The translations under genes were made by a program, and so were the position numbers. Of a stretch of DNA of 64,000 bases, positions 13,601 to 25,600 are shown piece after piece (positions within the stretch are counted from its first letter, which is position 1; each line of letters starts with the position of its first letter). The stretch lies in assembly GCA_013265495.1 (NCBI GenBank), contig MU058636.1, positions 5,615,741 to 5,679,740 of the forward strand. Direction: 5' to 3'. Source of the stretch: Vicugna vicugna. Taxonomy: Eukaryota. The notes beneath the pieces were generated by a model. The model saw nothing but the letters and a program-made list of their open reading frames with translations, made no database searches and was not told where the DNA came from.

Positions 13601-16600
13601 TTCTAAGCTGAGACCAACTGGTGAAAGAGGAACAGACCTTAAGAAAAAGCCAGGTGTAAAATGGAAAAACATCTCTCCATTGTATTCCTGGTGCCTGGCA
13701 CTACAGTAGGTACTAATCAAATATTTTTGAATAAATGAATGAGAGAAGGTTAAGTAAGCTTAGGGGACATTAATATGACATTGGAAACATTAGTGATTTG
13801 ATTGCCTTAGTTTTGAGGAGTCCAAAATAATTTATTAGGAGAAATCCTAATAATTTATTAGAAAAGGAGACACTCTAATCTGGAGAAATGTTTTGTTTTG
13901 TTTCACTTTGCTTTGCTTTTTCAAATCCAATGAAAGGATTTAGCAAAAATTCCAGAGAGTATGAACTATATGGTATGTGTAATCAGTGATCTGTGAGGTG
14001 TAGTTTAATGCTAAAGTTATACCTTGGAAGTTTAAGAGAAGAGTCTAACCTATACAAGGAATTTAGCCCCACTCTGTTGTAGACTTTATAAGATGCATAA
14101 AGGATCACTGTCTAAAAGCAACTTCTCATAGAAAAGTCATTTATAAACTTTATTTTGGCATTGCAGCCCCAATAAGTAAATTTAAAAAATGTGAATTTGG
14201 AGTCCAACCCATTCAGCTTACTATATATTTTCACTCAACCTTGTTTACTGTTTTCTCACCCAAATGGTATAAGCAGTAGGAGGGCAGAGATTTTGTGTTT
14301 TCTGTTGTATCACAGCCTCTAGAGCAGAATGTTACATGGCATTCAGTATGCCTCCTAAATATATTTGCTAAGTTGAGTGAATGAACTACTGCTTGGAAGA
14401 GCAGGGTCTACACAGAGAGGTGCACCAGAAACAGCCCTGATGGAGACAGATACCAGAGTGCATGAAAAGGACTTATATACAACAGTTAGAGTTTAAGGCC
14501 CTCTTGCTCTAGCTCCTTCAGCCTTTGCACTAGTTTTCTCTCTTTATTTTTGACACATTGCATTGGGTCATTGTCTGCTATCAGTGAAAAGAGAGCTGAG
14601 GGTAGAATAGTGGCCATCAGGATTGGAGGTTAGAATTGTAATCCCAGTAAAACTGGCTGGAGTCTTGAGCAAAATAGCTTTTTGACTGAAATGGAACCCC
14701 TGGCTTTTTTGCTCTATAGTTAGCAAAATAAGGCCGACCAGTTGTCCACTTAGGACAGCTGCCAAAAAGAGAGCTTATGTGACACTCTATAGAGGTTACA
14801 TTTCAAGATTTTCTCTGCTGCCACACCAAAAAAAGAAATAACTATCCCAAACCACTTAAATACAGTAGGAAACATAAAAACAAATGCACCCCAAGAGGGT
14901 AAGGACTTTGCTTAGGGTTCCCACGACAAATCTTCCAAAATCAACAGTGTGGTTTAGCTGAATGTTATCAAAGCTCACTAGCCATACATTCCCATGACAT
15001 GACTCAGTGACTCTCTATTTCCTGCCTACACTTCCTTCAGCTCTGGACCTCACTGTGAGCTTGGCTTTCATGTGGAGCAATGTAGACATTTCTAGCTCAG
15101 TTTGTGTAGACCATAAAACCTGTTCAGAGAATGAATATGCAGCATGTGAGAATAAAATCAGAAGTCAATCACTTCCCAATTTCATTCACTCTTGTAATTG
15201 TACCTATCAATTAAAAAAATACTCAGGACTCTATCACATCAGGTATTCTTTGGTATCACTAAAAACTTTGTAAAGAAGTATTTGTGCTTTGCAGTAGAGA
15301 ACTGTTATGGAAATGCTAACTTTAAAAATATGATTTCCTCTATATACAGTACTATTTGAAAAACCCTCAAAGATAAATGATAAATATTTACAAGGGCAGC
15401 ACGAGCTAAAGTTAAAGGATTAAACACTTTCTTCGTGTGGATCTATTACTTTCTTATTAGTCTTAAGTAAAATATTTAAATATTTATATCTCAGTTTTCC
15501 CATCTTCTAAACAGGATAGAAATGCTTGCTGTGTATACATTACCTTTGAATAAAGCTGGTAGAAAGGAGGAGGAGGTTATAGATGGTTTTGAATTGTTTT
15601 GCATTATTCTCTGTCTTCTACCCTTCTCTTATAATGAATGATTTAAATCATTTTTCATCTTAGGATAAGTACCTTTCTACATTTAATATTTTTTGTCATT
15701 TATTTCAGACAAGGATGTCTTTGAAGCAAGTTTTAAAATAATAAATTACGTAACATAGTAAATGCACTTCCATCTAAAATAGTGCTTCATTATTACTATT
15801 ACTAATATAATAACAACAATTATTACTATTATTTTAAAATTATTTAGAATGATTGGTCAGCTCCTAAAATTTCCTCAATAGAGAGTCTCATTCTTAATAT
15901 GCACATCTCTCCCTAACACATCATCCTACTTGATTATGCAATTTCTCTTCTTCTCATACACAATGTTAATATTATTACTGAAGTCAGATATTTGTGTCAT
16001 ATTAATTCTTTTGTCTGAATCACCTGCATGCCCAGACACATATCATATGGTTTTAAGTGTTAAGCACCTAAATGACTCCCATGTTTGTTAACTATCTTTG
16101 TACAATACCTAGGACAGTGGTACATACCAAGGAGTGCTTTAAAATGTCATAATTCTGCTGCTGATGCTAATATTGTTTCTACATAATCATTGCTGTTTTT
16201 AAATAAAGAATAAATAAGTCATTTTGTGTCAATATCAAATGCCAAATTTCAAACTCTATTATATCTTTGATTTTTTTAAACTCGATATAGTCTCATTTCA
16301 GGATAAATTTTGGTTATGTGATAATCTACTCTGTTTTGCTGCTATTATCCTACAAGTACCATTTTTCTCAAATAAACCCTAGACATATAAGAAATAGATG
16401 TTTCTAGGAGAAATCTGTTTGGGCTTATTTTCATGCCAGATTTCCACTGTGGTTATTCTTTTATGACAAGAAAAACAGACCTTGGCTTTCCTTACAGATT
16501 CTGAGAATAAAAAAAAACATGCTTAGCTTAATTAGAACAACCTCAAATGAGTCGCATCATATTCCGAGAACTTTAAGCTTCCAAAATCATTAATCTAATT

Positions 16601-19600
16601 GCTGTTCTGGAAAAACTGATCTAGGGACTCCTTCATGCCCAGACGTAGTTGCCGATGTTACGGGCTGGACACCCAGACATAACCAAAAACACAGTCTACT
16701 TCCTTTCTGTGAAGACTAAATGTGCAGTTTGTTTTCCGAATAATGTCAGTTGCCTTGAGGATTGCCCTCAAGATGACATTTTATTTCCGCTATCTGTCAA
16801 AAGAGTTGCGACTGCCATCGTGACAATGAGCATCTCACCCCCAGACCCAGTCTGAGCCTGGGCTTTCTACTACCTTGGGCCATCTCTGTCTTGGGAAAGA
16901 AGTGTGAGGGATTTTGCAGGATCATGAAAATGTAGGGAACAGGTGGGGATACTAGTGTGTAGCGCTACATCACAGCTAAGCCACAAAGTCACGCCTCCTA
17001 TTTATCTTTACATGAATCTGTTTATTTATCTTGTTTCTTGGATAGAAAAATCTTTCAAACTCACTTGGTGGCCAAAATAGCTGGCTTGACTGTTTTATGT
17101 ATTATCAGCTATAAAGACCACCATGAGTCTTTCCCCCTCCATCTAGAGCTAATTACCGTATTTGACATCCACCAGGTAGGCCAGGTACCATTGTGTTTTC
17201 CCATAGGCCCACAGTCCCACTCATTATGAAGAGGGCTGGGTTTAGAGAAGATGGAGTTAAATGTGTGAAGGTTTCCTGGAGTGTATATTGCTTCAAACTC
17301 TGAAATGATAAATGATTTGGAAGATACATGGTTATTTTTGTGTTTCTAGTATATTACTTTAGTACCATGGGAGTTCATAAATACAGATATACAAGACTCT
17401 GTAACATGAAATGATAAGTCCTTTCTCCATGTGCATCAATAACAACCAACTTTTTACTAGTACAATATAATATGTCATTAAAATAATGTCCAATGAAAAA
17501 GAGCTATAGTATCAACAAACCGATTTCAGTAAAACCTACTAGAATGCCACTGTTATTTCCATGTATCTGAATTAAAGTTTTAAAAGTATGTAGTTCTTTG
17601 CAAACAGAAAAATAACACATTTACTCTCAAGCCTTCAGCCAACATAAAATACTTACAAGCACAGCATGACAACTGATATGCTTCAATTGTAGGAATTTGA
17701 AATTCTCCTCTATTAAGTTTGTGCTGGGGAGTGAAGTGTTGTCCCAATGCTGATAAAAAGTTATAATGGAAATTGTATGAGTGGGAGTTAAATAGATTAA
17801 AATTCAAATTTCTCTAATCACTTTACATTAGGGATCCTTAGCGTCTCTTTATTTCAGAATACTGCGGTGTGTAATGAATCCAGCATTTAAAAATATTTGC
17901 ATTTGTGTGGTATTTAAGAGATAAAGTAATCAGAACTCTACTGTTATAATGAGAAAAAGGTAAGATTGACTTTAGGTGTAAAGGATAAGTAATAAGATTG
18001 AATGAGTCTAAATGTTTTCTATTAAAGAAACTCTAATAATACACATAAAATGATGATTTCAAATAACATCCTTGCAAGCTGAAAAAAAATAATACTCATA
18101 TTAAATTAAAAGTGCTGAAAATAACAAACATAGAGGAATTAAAAGTAAAGACTATATATAGCTGTGATCCAAAAGTTATAATATAAAATGGTGAAGACAT
18201 TCTTTGTGCCACCTTCCTATTTTCATACACAATGCTTCAGAAATAATAATTAATTGAGAGAAACTTTGAAATAGTTTCAAATTCCCCACCACAACTAAAC
18301 TATTGTGAGTACATCGCAGTTCAAATCCTGGCACATGAATGAACCTCAGAAATTATTTAGTCCAATGCTCTTATTTTTATGGATGACAGAAGTGAGGTTG
18401 AGAAAAGTTGAGTGATTTGAATGAGTTTACCAATTTTTGGAGTGAAAGCAAGGACAAGAGTTCAAGCTAGTCATCTCTTCAGGGCAACTTATCAGTCCAA
18501 TTATTTAACAGTTATAATTAATTATGCTGCAATTTTTAAAAGAATCAAAATAAAGAATTTGAAAACCACCTGAGAAGGCAATCGAGATGGACAATTTTCC
18601 ATAGTTCTATATAGTTATACATATGAAATTTTTTCTTTGCTGTCTGGTGTCAAATTCATGTCATTTAGCTATGTGCTTTTAAAATTATTAGCCTTAACAG
18701 CATATTTTAGAGATGATCAATGAAATCTTCTGCTTGCTGCTAAATAAATCCATTCTGGGTGCTCTTTGGGAGGTTTATTTCTTCAGACACAATTGATTGA
18801 GTGCTTGATGAATCCTTTCTGCTTCAGACTGTGATAACTTCTAACATTTTGTTTATATATTTAGCAGTAAAGGAATCAAGGGCTGCCAAGTATTAATAAG
18901 ATAGAACCAACTACAGCAGGCATTCTATCACGAGGACAACATCACTCATGAAGTTAAGCAGTGAGATAGAAAATTCTAACCATAATTCTACTTTCTAACT
19001 TCATCATATGAACTAGTAGAATGAGGATAATGAACTTGTTTTAAGGATTATTAAACAATGCTTCAGTATGAATATTCTAGTCTGCAGGCTGGCTTGAGGA
19101 AAGCATGTGTGATTGGTTTTTTCCCTGGAGGACCATTTGTACTTGAATGAACAACTGACAGGCTATGCTTATTCCAACTTGGGTATTTGACAGACATCTT
19201 CTCAAAAATCAGCAAAGTGAGACTGTCACCTAAAGGAAAAGTGACGATGTTTGTTGCCAATGATAAAATTCAAGATTTCAAGAGGGAATTAGAACTTTGG
19301 AAAATGTATCCACCATTATGAATTTGACAGCTTCTAAATACACGAAGAATTTATTGAGAATTATGTGATGTAAACAAATGTGATTTTATATTATGTACTA
19401 TATAAATATTATATAGTGAAATGTGTCATCATTTGGAAGATCCATATAACCAACATTTTCCAATAACCAAGGCATAATGTTACAAAATCATGTATGGGTA
19501 AAAGATACAAATTGCAAATCTGACCAATGAATTTTAATGTAACAGAACATGAAAAGCTCATTGATATGGTTCCAGATTTTATATGTAAAGAAACTACCAT

Positions 19601-22600
19601 TTGTTGACTTTTGGTGTTGACTAAAAGACAAATACTCGCAATTATCTAAAAAGGCTATTAAAATACTCCCCCTTTTTCCATTACGTAACTGTATGAGGCT
19701 AGATTTTTTTCATATACTTCCACAAAAACAATATAGCAATAAATTGAAGCAGAAGCAGATATAAAAATCCAGTTGTCTTCCATTAAGTCAGACATTCAAC
19801 AGATTTATATAGATGTGAAAAAAAGTAAGAAAGTAACCAGTTTAAAATAAACATAATGCTCTTCTCACTAAATTTATTCTTGTTTTGGAAAATATAGTAA
19901 TGCTTCATGCAATGGGTTTATCATTGATATTTTTAAGTAAATTTATAAAAAATAATGTAAAATTTTGTTCTAATTTCAAATATAGAAATTTTATCATTTC
20001 TAATATAGTAAATATCAATAGCTATAACCCATACAAACAAAAGCTCTTTGGAGTCCTCAATAATTTTTAAGAGACAAAGCTTCCTGAGATCAAAATATTT
20101 GAGAACCACTGTGCTACAGAAATAACATGTGTTTAATAATTATATCATGACATGTAAGACTGAATTGTGTTTAGTATTTGCCATTTTTAATTTTAAGGTG
20201 ACTTAACCAATGTAGGGGACATAAGCATTAAAAATTATTTTTTATTTCTTATTAAGCTATATATATATAACATTGCATAAGTTTAAGGTGTAAATGTATT
20301 AGTTTGATACATTTAAATAATACAGTATGACTATCACCATAGCATCAGCTAACATCCCTAACATTTCATGTAATTATCATTTCTTTCTTGTGATGAGAAC
20401 AATTAAATCTAGTCTCTTAGCAACTTTGAACCTTATAATACAATATTGCTCACTATAATCACTACATGGTACATTAGATCTCCAGAATTTATTTTTATCT
20501 ACTGGTTGCAAGTTTGTACCATTAAAAAACATCTCCTCAGTTCTGCAATCCCCCAGCCTATGATAACCACCATCTTACTCTCTGTTTTTATGAGTTTGGC
20601 TTTTTAAGATTTCTTATATAAGGTATTTCATACAGGATTTGTCTTTCTTTGTCTAACTTATCTCAGTTAGCATAATAATGCTCTCAAGTTCTAATCACAT
20701 TGTTGCAAATGAAAAGATTTCCTTTTCTTGTGGCTGAATAATATTTTATATATTATTTCATCTAATTAACCTACCAGCCACACTTAGGTTGCTTCCATAT
20801 CTTGTCTATTATGAATAATGCTGTAATAAACAGAGTGTGCAGGTATCTCTTCAGGATTACTAATTTAAATTCCTGAAAGGATTGCTGGATATATGAATAT
20901 ATGGTAGTTCTAGTTTTAATTTTTTGAGCAACTGCCACACTGTTTTCCATAATGGTTCTACCATTTTACAGTCTCACCAACAATGTATAAGAGTTCCCTT
21001 TTCTCCACATGCTCCCTAACATGTGTTATCTCTTGTCTTTTTGATGGGTGTATGATGATATTGGGACATAGGTTTCTTGACTCAGCATCTCTTTAAGAAA
21101 ACCACTCGCCTGCTATTTTCAGTCCAAGCAGCTGATCCTGCTCCCAGATTAAGAGAAGGTCAACACGTACTGCAGACCTTACCTGCCAGAGGACTACGCC
21201 TTCAGAAGATAGGCAGGTGACTTAGACAGGCCAAGAGGAATTTCTGCATTTACAATTTTGGCTGTGTTGCCAGCTCTGAGAATGATGCAAGCCTAGAGTT
21301 TTATCTTGGAAGAAAGGAAGAAAGAAAGGAAGGAAGGAAGGAAGGAAGGAAGGAAGGAAGGAAGGAAGGAAGGAAGGAAGGAAGGAAGGAAGGTAGAAAA
21401 GCTACTAGAATGTAGATAACACAAGTAGTGGAGAGAAGGAGAAAAATGTGCCCTGAAGACATTGAACCTCTATAACCAATATGCTTGAAGACAGTTGCAT
21501 CTATGGCCTTTCTGGTATAGAAGCCAAGAAATTCCTTCTATTTAAACTTTTATGTGCTGGATTTCTACCACTTGCACCAACATGAATCCTAAGTAATACA
21601 GAATTTGGTATCTGGAAGTGGAGATAACCAGTAACAGACCTTAAACTGTGACATTGGATGAGCTGAGTTGAAGTGGAGGATTCCCCCATCTCACACTAAG
21701 AAAAGGAAAAAGCTGTTATTTGATAGAAAAGCAGCCAGCTAAAAGGTACCTAATGTACCTTGCAACTCAAATCAAATAAATGACCATAATAGAGCTTTAG
21801 GGGAACAGAAAAAAAAAAACTTAAAAAATCCTTCCTTCAGCCTTCTGTAAGATTGTGTAAGAAAAGGATGGCCTTCAGCCTAATCTGCCAGTTCTGGAAG
21901 CAGGAAACAGAAGAGATTCAGTCCTAGGAGTCATCCTTTCTGCCTGTGCCTGGCACTCCAGCATGACCAGTAGCAGATAACTCTGTGTCTCTTGGGATGG
22001 TGGATGTATTAATCTCTGCCTCAAGGTAACATTAGCATGAATGGGAAACACAATGGGAAAAGAGACTGGGATCCTGGTAAGCCAGGGAGCTGGAGGACCA
22101 CTTCTAGACACTTCCTGCTCTATACTCCCCAACTAACACAAAGAACAGTCACACTCCTCTATAAAAGCCATATCCAGGAATCCTACTACTGAGGTTTAGG
22201 ATCTGCATGAAGACAGCCCATTGCTTCCCAGTTTGAGGTCTAGGTGGCTTGTGGGAAGGGCAGAGAATAAAGGCAGATTGCTTAGAGGAAGAACTGATGA
22301 TGTCTGGAACCAGACTGATGGGCCATGACTCTACAAGAATCAGTCTATGTTCAGGAAATAAACAGACCAACAAGTCTATCAGGAGAGGCAGTACCACTGC
22401 CAGAGAAATGCCCAGGCTCACTAAACAGCGTTGAAAATGCCCACATCACAAGGCAAATTCCCCCCAAATCTGCACCAATAGAAAGGAGGAAATGGAATGT
22501 TACAGCTGTTAAAATAAAAGCCTCCCCAATGTCCATCTGCCATGTAGCTATGCTGGACAATGGAAAAGGGAGTTCCTCCCAGAAAGGAGGGGGAGACCAG

Positions 22601-25600
22601 CCAGATGAGCCTAAAAGTTGTCTTATTTTAGAGTGGAGGTAGAGGCAATTTTCCTTATAGAGGCATATTTGCATAGTATTAGCCAGGGCTATTTTGAGAA
22701 TTTTTAAAATGGGGAACAAGGTATGTATGGATGACGGGCAGGCAAGGAATGGAAACATAAAGGGGGATATAGTTAACCTGTGTTTTGTTCAGCTTGGAAT
22801 TTTTTTGGGAACCATCTGTTCCCCATTCTTAGCCCAAGTGCTTTGGGTGGGGCCGATCACACCTCCTGGCTCTAGGAGTGGGTACATCCTGGGAGTCCAG
22901 CCAATTAGATACTCGATTTCTTCAGCCATAGTGATTAAGTCCAGGGACAGTCACATGACATAAGACAGGCCAATAAAAGCTCTCCTTGGGATTTTTGTCA
23001 GAACTATCGAAAGATAGACTTTTTTTTTTCTTCATTATAAATGCCAGCTGCCAGTACAATGTAAATCAAGAATTGTTGCTAGTCATTTTTGCTACATTGT
23101 GGGGAGTGCCTGCCCGATAGGGAAGCCACCGTCTAGTTTGGTAAAGCAGAGAGATGAGTGAAAGAGTCTTCTTTTGAGCTCCTGGATCTAACCATACGTA
23201 AATCCAGAGACAGGTAAGTTCTGGCTTTCCAAATTATTTTAGTCAACTGATACCTTTTTGTGCTTACACAAGTCTGAGTTAAACCTCTGTCACTTTCAAG
23301 CAAAAGATCCCAGTAAACACAACTAAATAAAATGACTTTTATTTAGTTTTCATTCTGTCAAAGAGAAATAATTGAACTGCCTACTAAAACAATAATTTAA
23401 AAAAAAAACGGATGTATTTCTGGAGTCTAGTACGTATTTTTTTCTTTAACAAATATAGCACTTCAGGAGAGAAATCATTGAGTAAGGAATCTGTGGAAGA
23501 AAAAAATCACTGTAACCTGAGATGGCATTAGAGGGTAACTAAGGTTACAAAAATTTGCAGTAGAAGATAACTCCCCCTGGACAAAGTGATGAAAGACAAT
23601 CATTTATTATTCTTATCCTACTTACATTCAAAAAAGTTTTGTATCTCTGCAATAAAAAACACTGTTTAATAAAACCACTAAAGCAAGTTAAAAGGAAAAA
23701 GATCCAAAGTGAAAGGGAGAAAGTTGAACTGAAAATCTTAGGTTGACTTTCTATACTAGAATCAAGTGTAATACTTGTTTCCAAGCTTCTGAAAAGGCAA
23801 AGCAAAGTGAATATTGAAAAGTTCTGTAAAAATTGTGCTCTACGCTGGAATTTGACACCACATTGTAAAATGACTATAACTCAATAAAAAATGTTAAAAA
23901 AAAGTTCTGTAGCATGGTTAGCTTAATTAAAACTATCTTATTTGTAGCGTGAAAGTATAGGAATAACATTATCTAGTTCTTCATACACTAGCTCCAAATA
24001 ATATAATCAAGAGTCTTTAACAGAAGCTTCATAAAAGATACAAGAATGTTCTTTTATGGTTATATAGAAAAAAAATGACCCTTAATTAAAACTCCAAGGT
24101 CCCTGTTAAATTATAATCCAGTGAAGGCAATTTGGGAGGGAGGTTAAAAAATGAAGTATACTTGAGCTGTTTCCAATCATGTGGCTTGATATTTGAGCGG
24201 ATTTGATAAAGTATTGTAGAGAAAGACAGGTGAGGGTGGCATGTCCCTTAAGACCACATCTCCACACACACACAATCATCAGATGGCTCATAAAAGCTTA
24301 TAATAAAAGTTATACAGCAAGCGACTAGAAACTAAAGACTGAGATCAATCATAAGAAATCATGAGAAATCATAAGAAATTAAGTGCCTAAAGCAGATTGC
24401 TGACTAAAAGGATATCTACATACACCAAAAGCTTTAGAACAAAAAAATCAAAGCCTTACTTGCATTTCTTCCAAAACAGGGAGTAATAAGTACTCTAAGA
24501 ACATACAACAAAGGGCTTTCAAAAAGTCTTAGACGAAAGTTAGAGCCCTTAGAACAAAGATGTCTTTTATTTAATACTTTTTCGCTCTACAACCATAGCT
24601 GTAGTCAGGTTCTTATAAACTAGAAAATCTTGTACTTGTTAATCTTGTAAACTGTCAGTCTGGACTTTTGCATTACCCTTCTTTTCATGTTTTCTACTTG
24701 TGGATTTACTTCAATTCCTCTTCCTCATTAATTACTTTGATCATGTTGATCAATTCCTTACAGGACCTACTGTGTTTCTTAAAGGCTGTAAAATGAAGAC
24801 TGCATGTTATACTTACAAATCTTTCTCTAGATACTATCATTTTTAAAAAAAACTTTGTTTTTTTTCCTTTTCTTCCTTTTTTTTTTTTTTGGTCTGTTTT
24901 TTCCATTCCACCATCCCCGCTAATGCTTCCCACTCTTCCTGGAATATAATCTGCTTCCCAGATAGCTAGAATCCTTTGGGCTGTATAGTATGGGACATTT
25001 ATTATCCCACTGCTCATATTTCTGCAGAGGGCAGGGAACTCCCACTTACCCCCATGGAGGGATTAGGACTGGAGGAACACTTTGGTCCCTCCTTTCCTCC
25101 CTCACTTAATCCTCTCCCACTTATTTCTTCCTTCTGGAGAAGGAGTGACTTATCTCAGAGGTTGGTAATCTATATCTCAGGGCCTGTTTTTGTACAGCTC
25201 ACATATATTTATATGTTTTAAGTGGTTGGAAAAATGAGAAGACTATTTCATGCCACATGATATTTATATGAAATATAACATTTCATATCCATGTTATGAG
25301 TTGAACTGTGCTTCCTCTAAATTTATATGTTGAAGTCTTAATCACCAGTACTTCAAAAGGTGGCCTTAATCTGTTTATGTACAGATATAATTGGTTACTA
25401 CTGGTTATACTGGAGTCGAGTGGGCCCCCTTATCTAATAATGACTGGTGTCCTTATAGAAAGGGGAAATTAGGACAGAGGTAAGCACTCAGGGGGAGCAT
25501 CATGTGAAGATGAAGGCAGAGATCAGGGTGATACTTCTACAAACCAAGAAAGGTCAAATATTGTCAGCAAACCACCTGAAGCTAGAACTGAGGCATGGAG

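Noticed and set aside
24706..25017. 103-aa ORF as one exon
   Set aside because: Runs through homopolymer tracts; only the last 76 nt have a good acceptor.
25050..25133. 84-nt minus exon-like segment (ctccag|...GGG|gtaagt)
   Set aside because: Has a stop in the phase the model needs. It shows that pseudo-exons are common here, which is a caution for the whole model.
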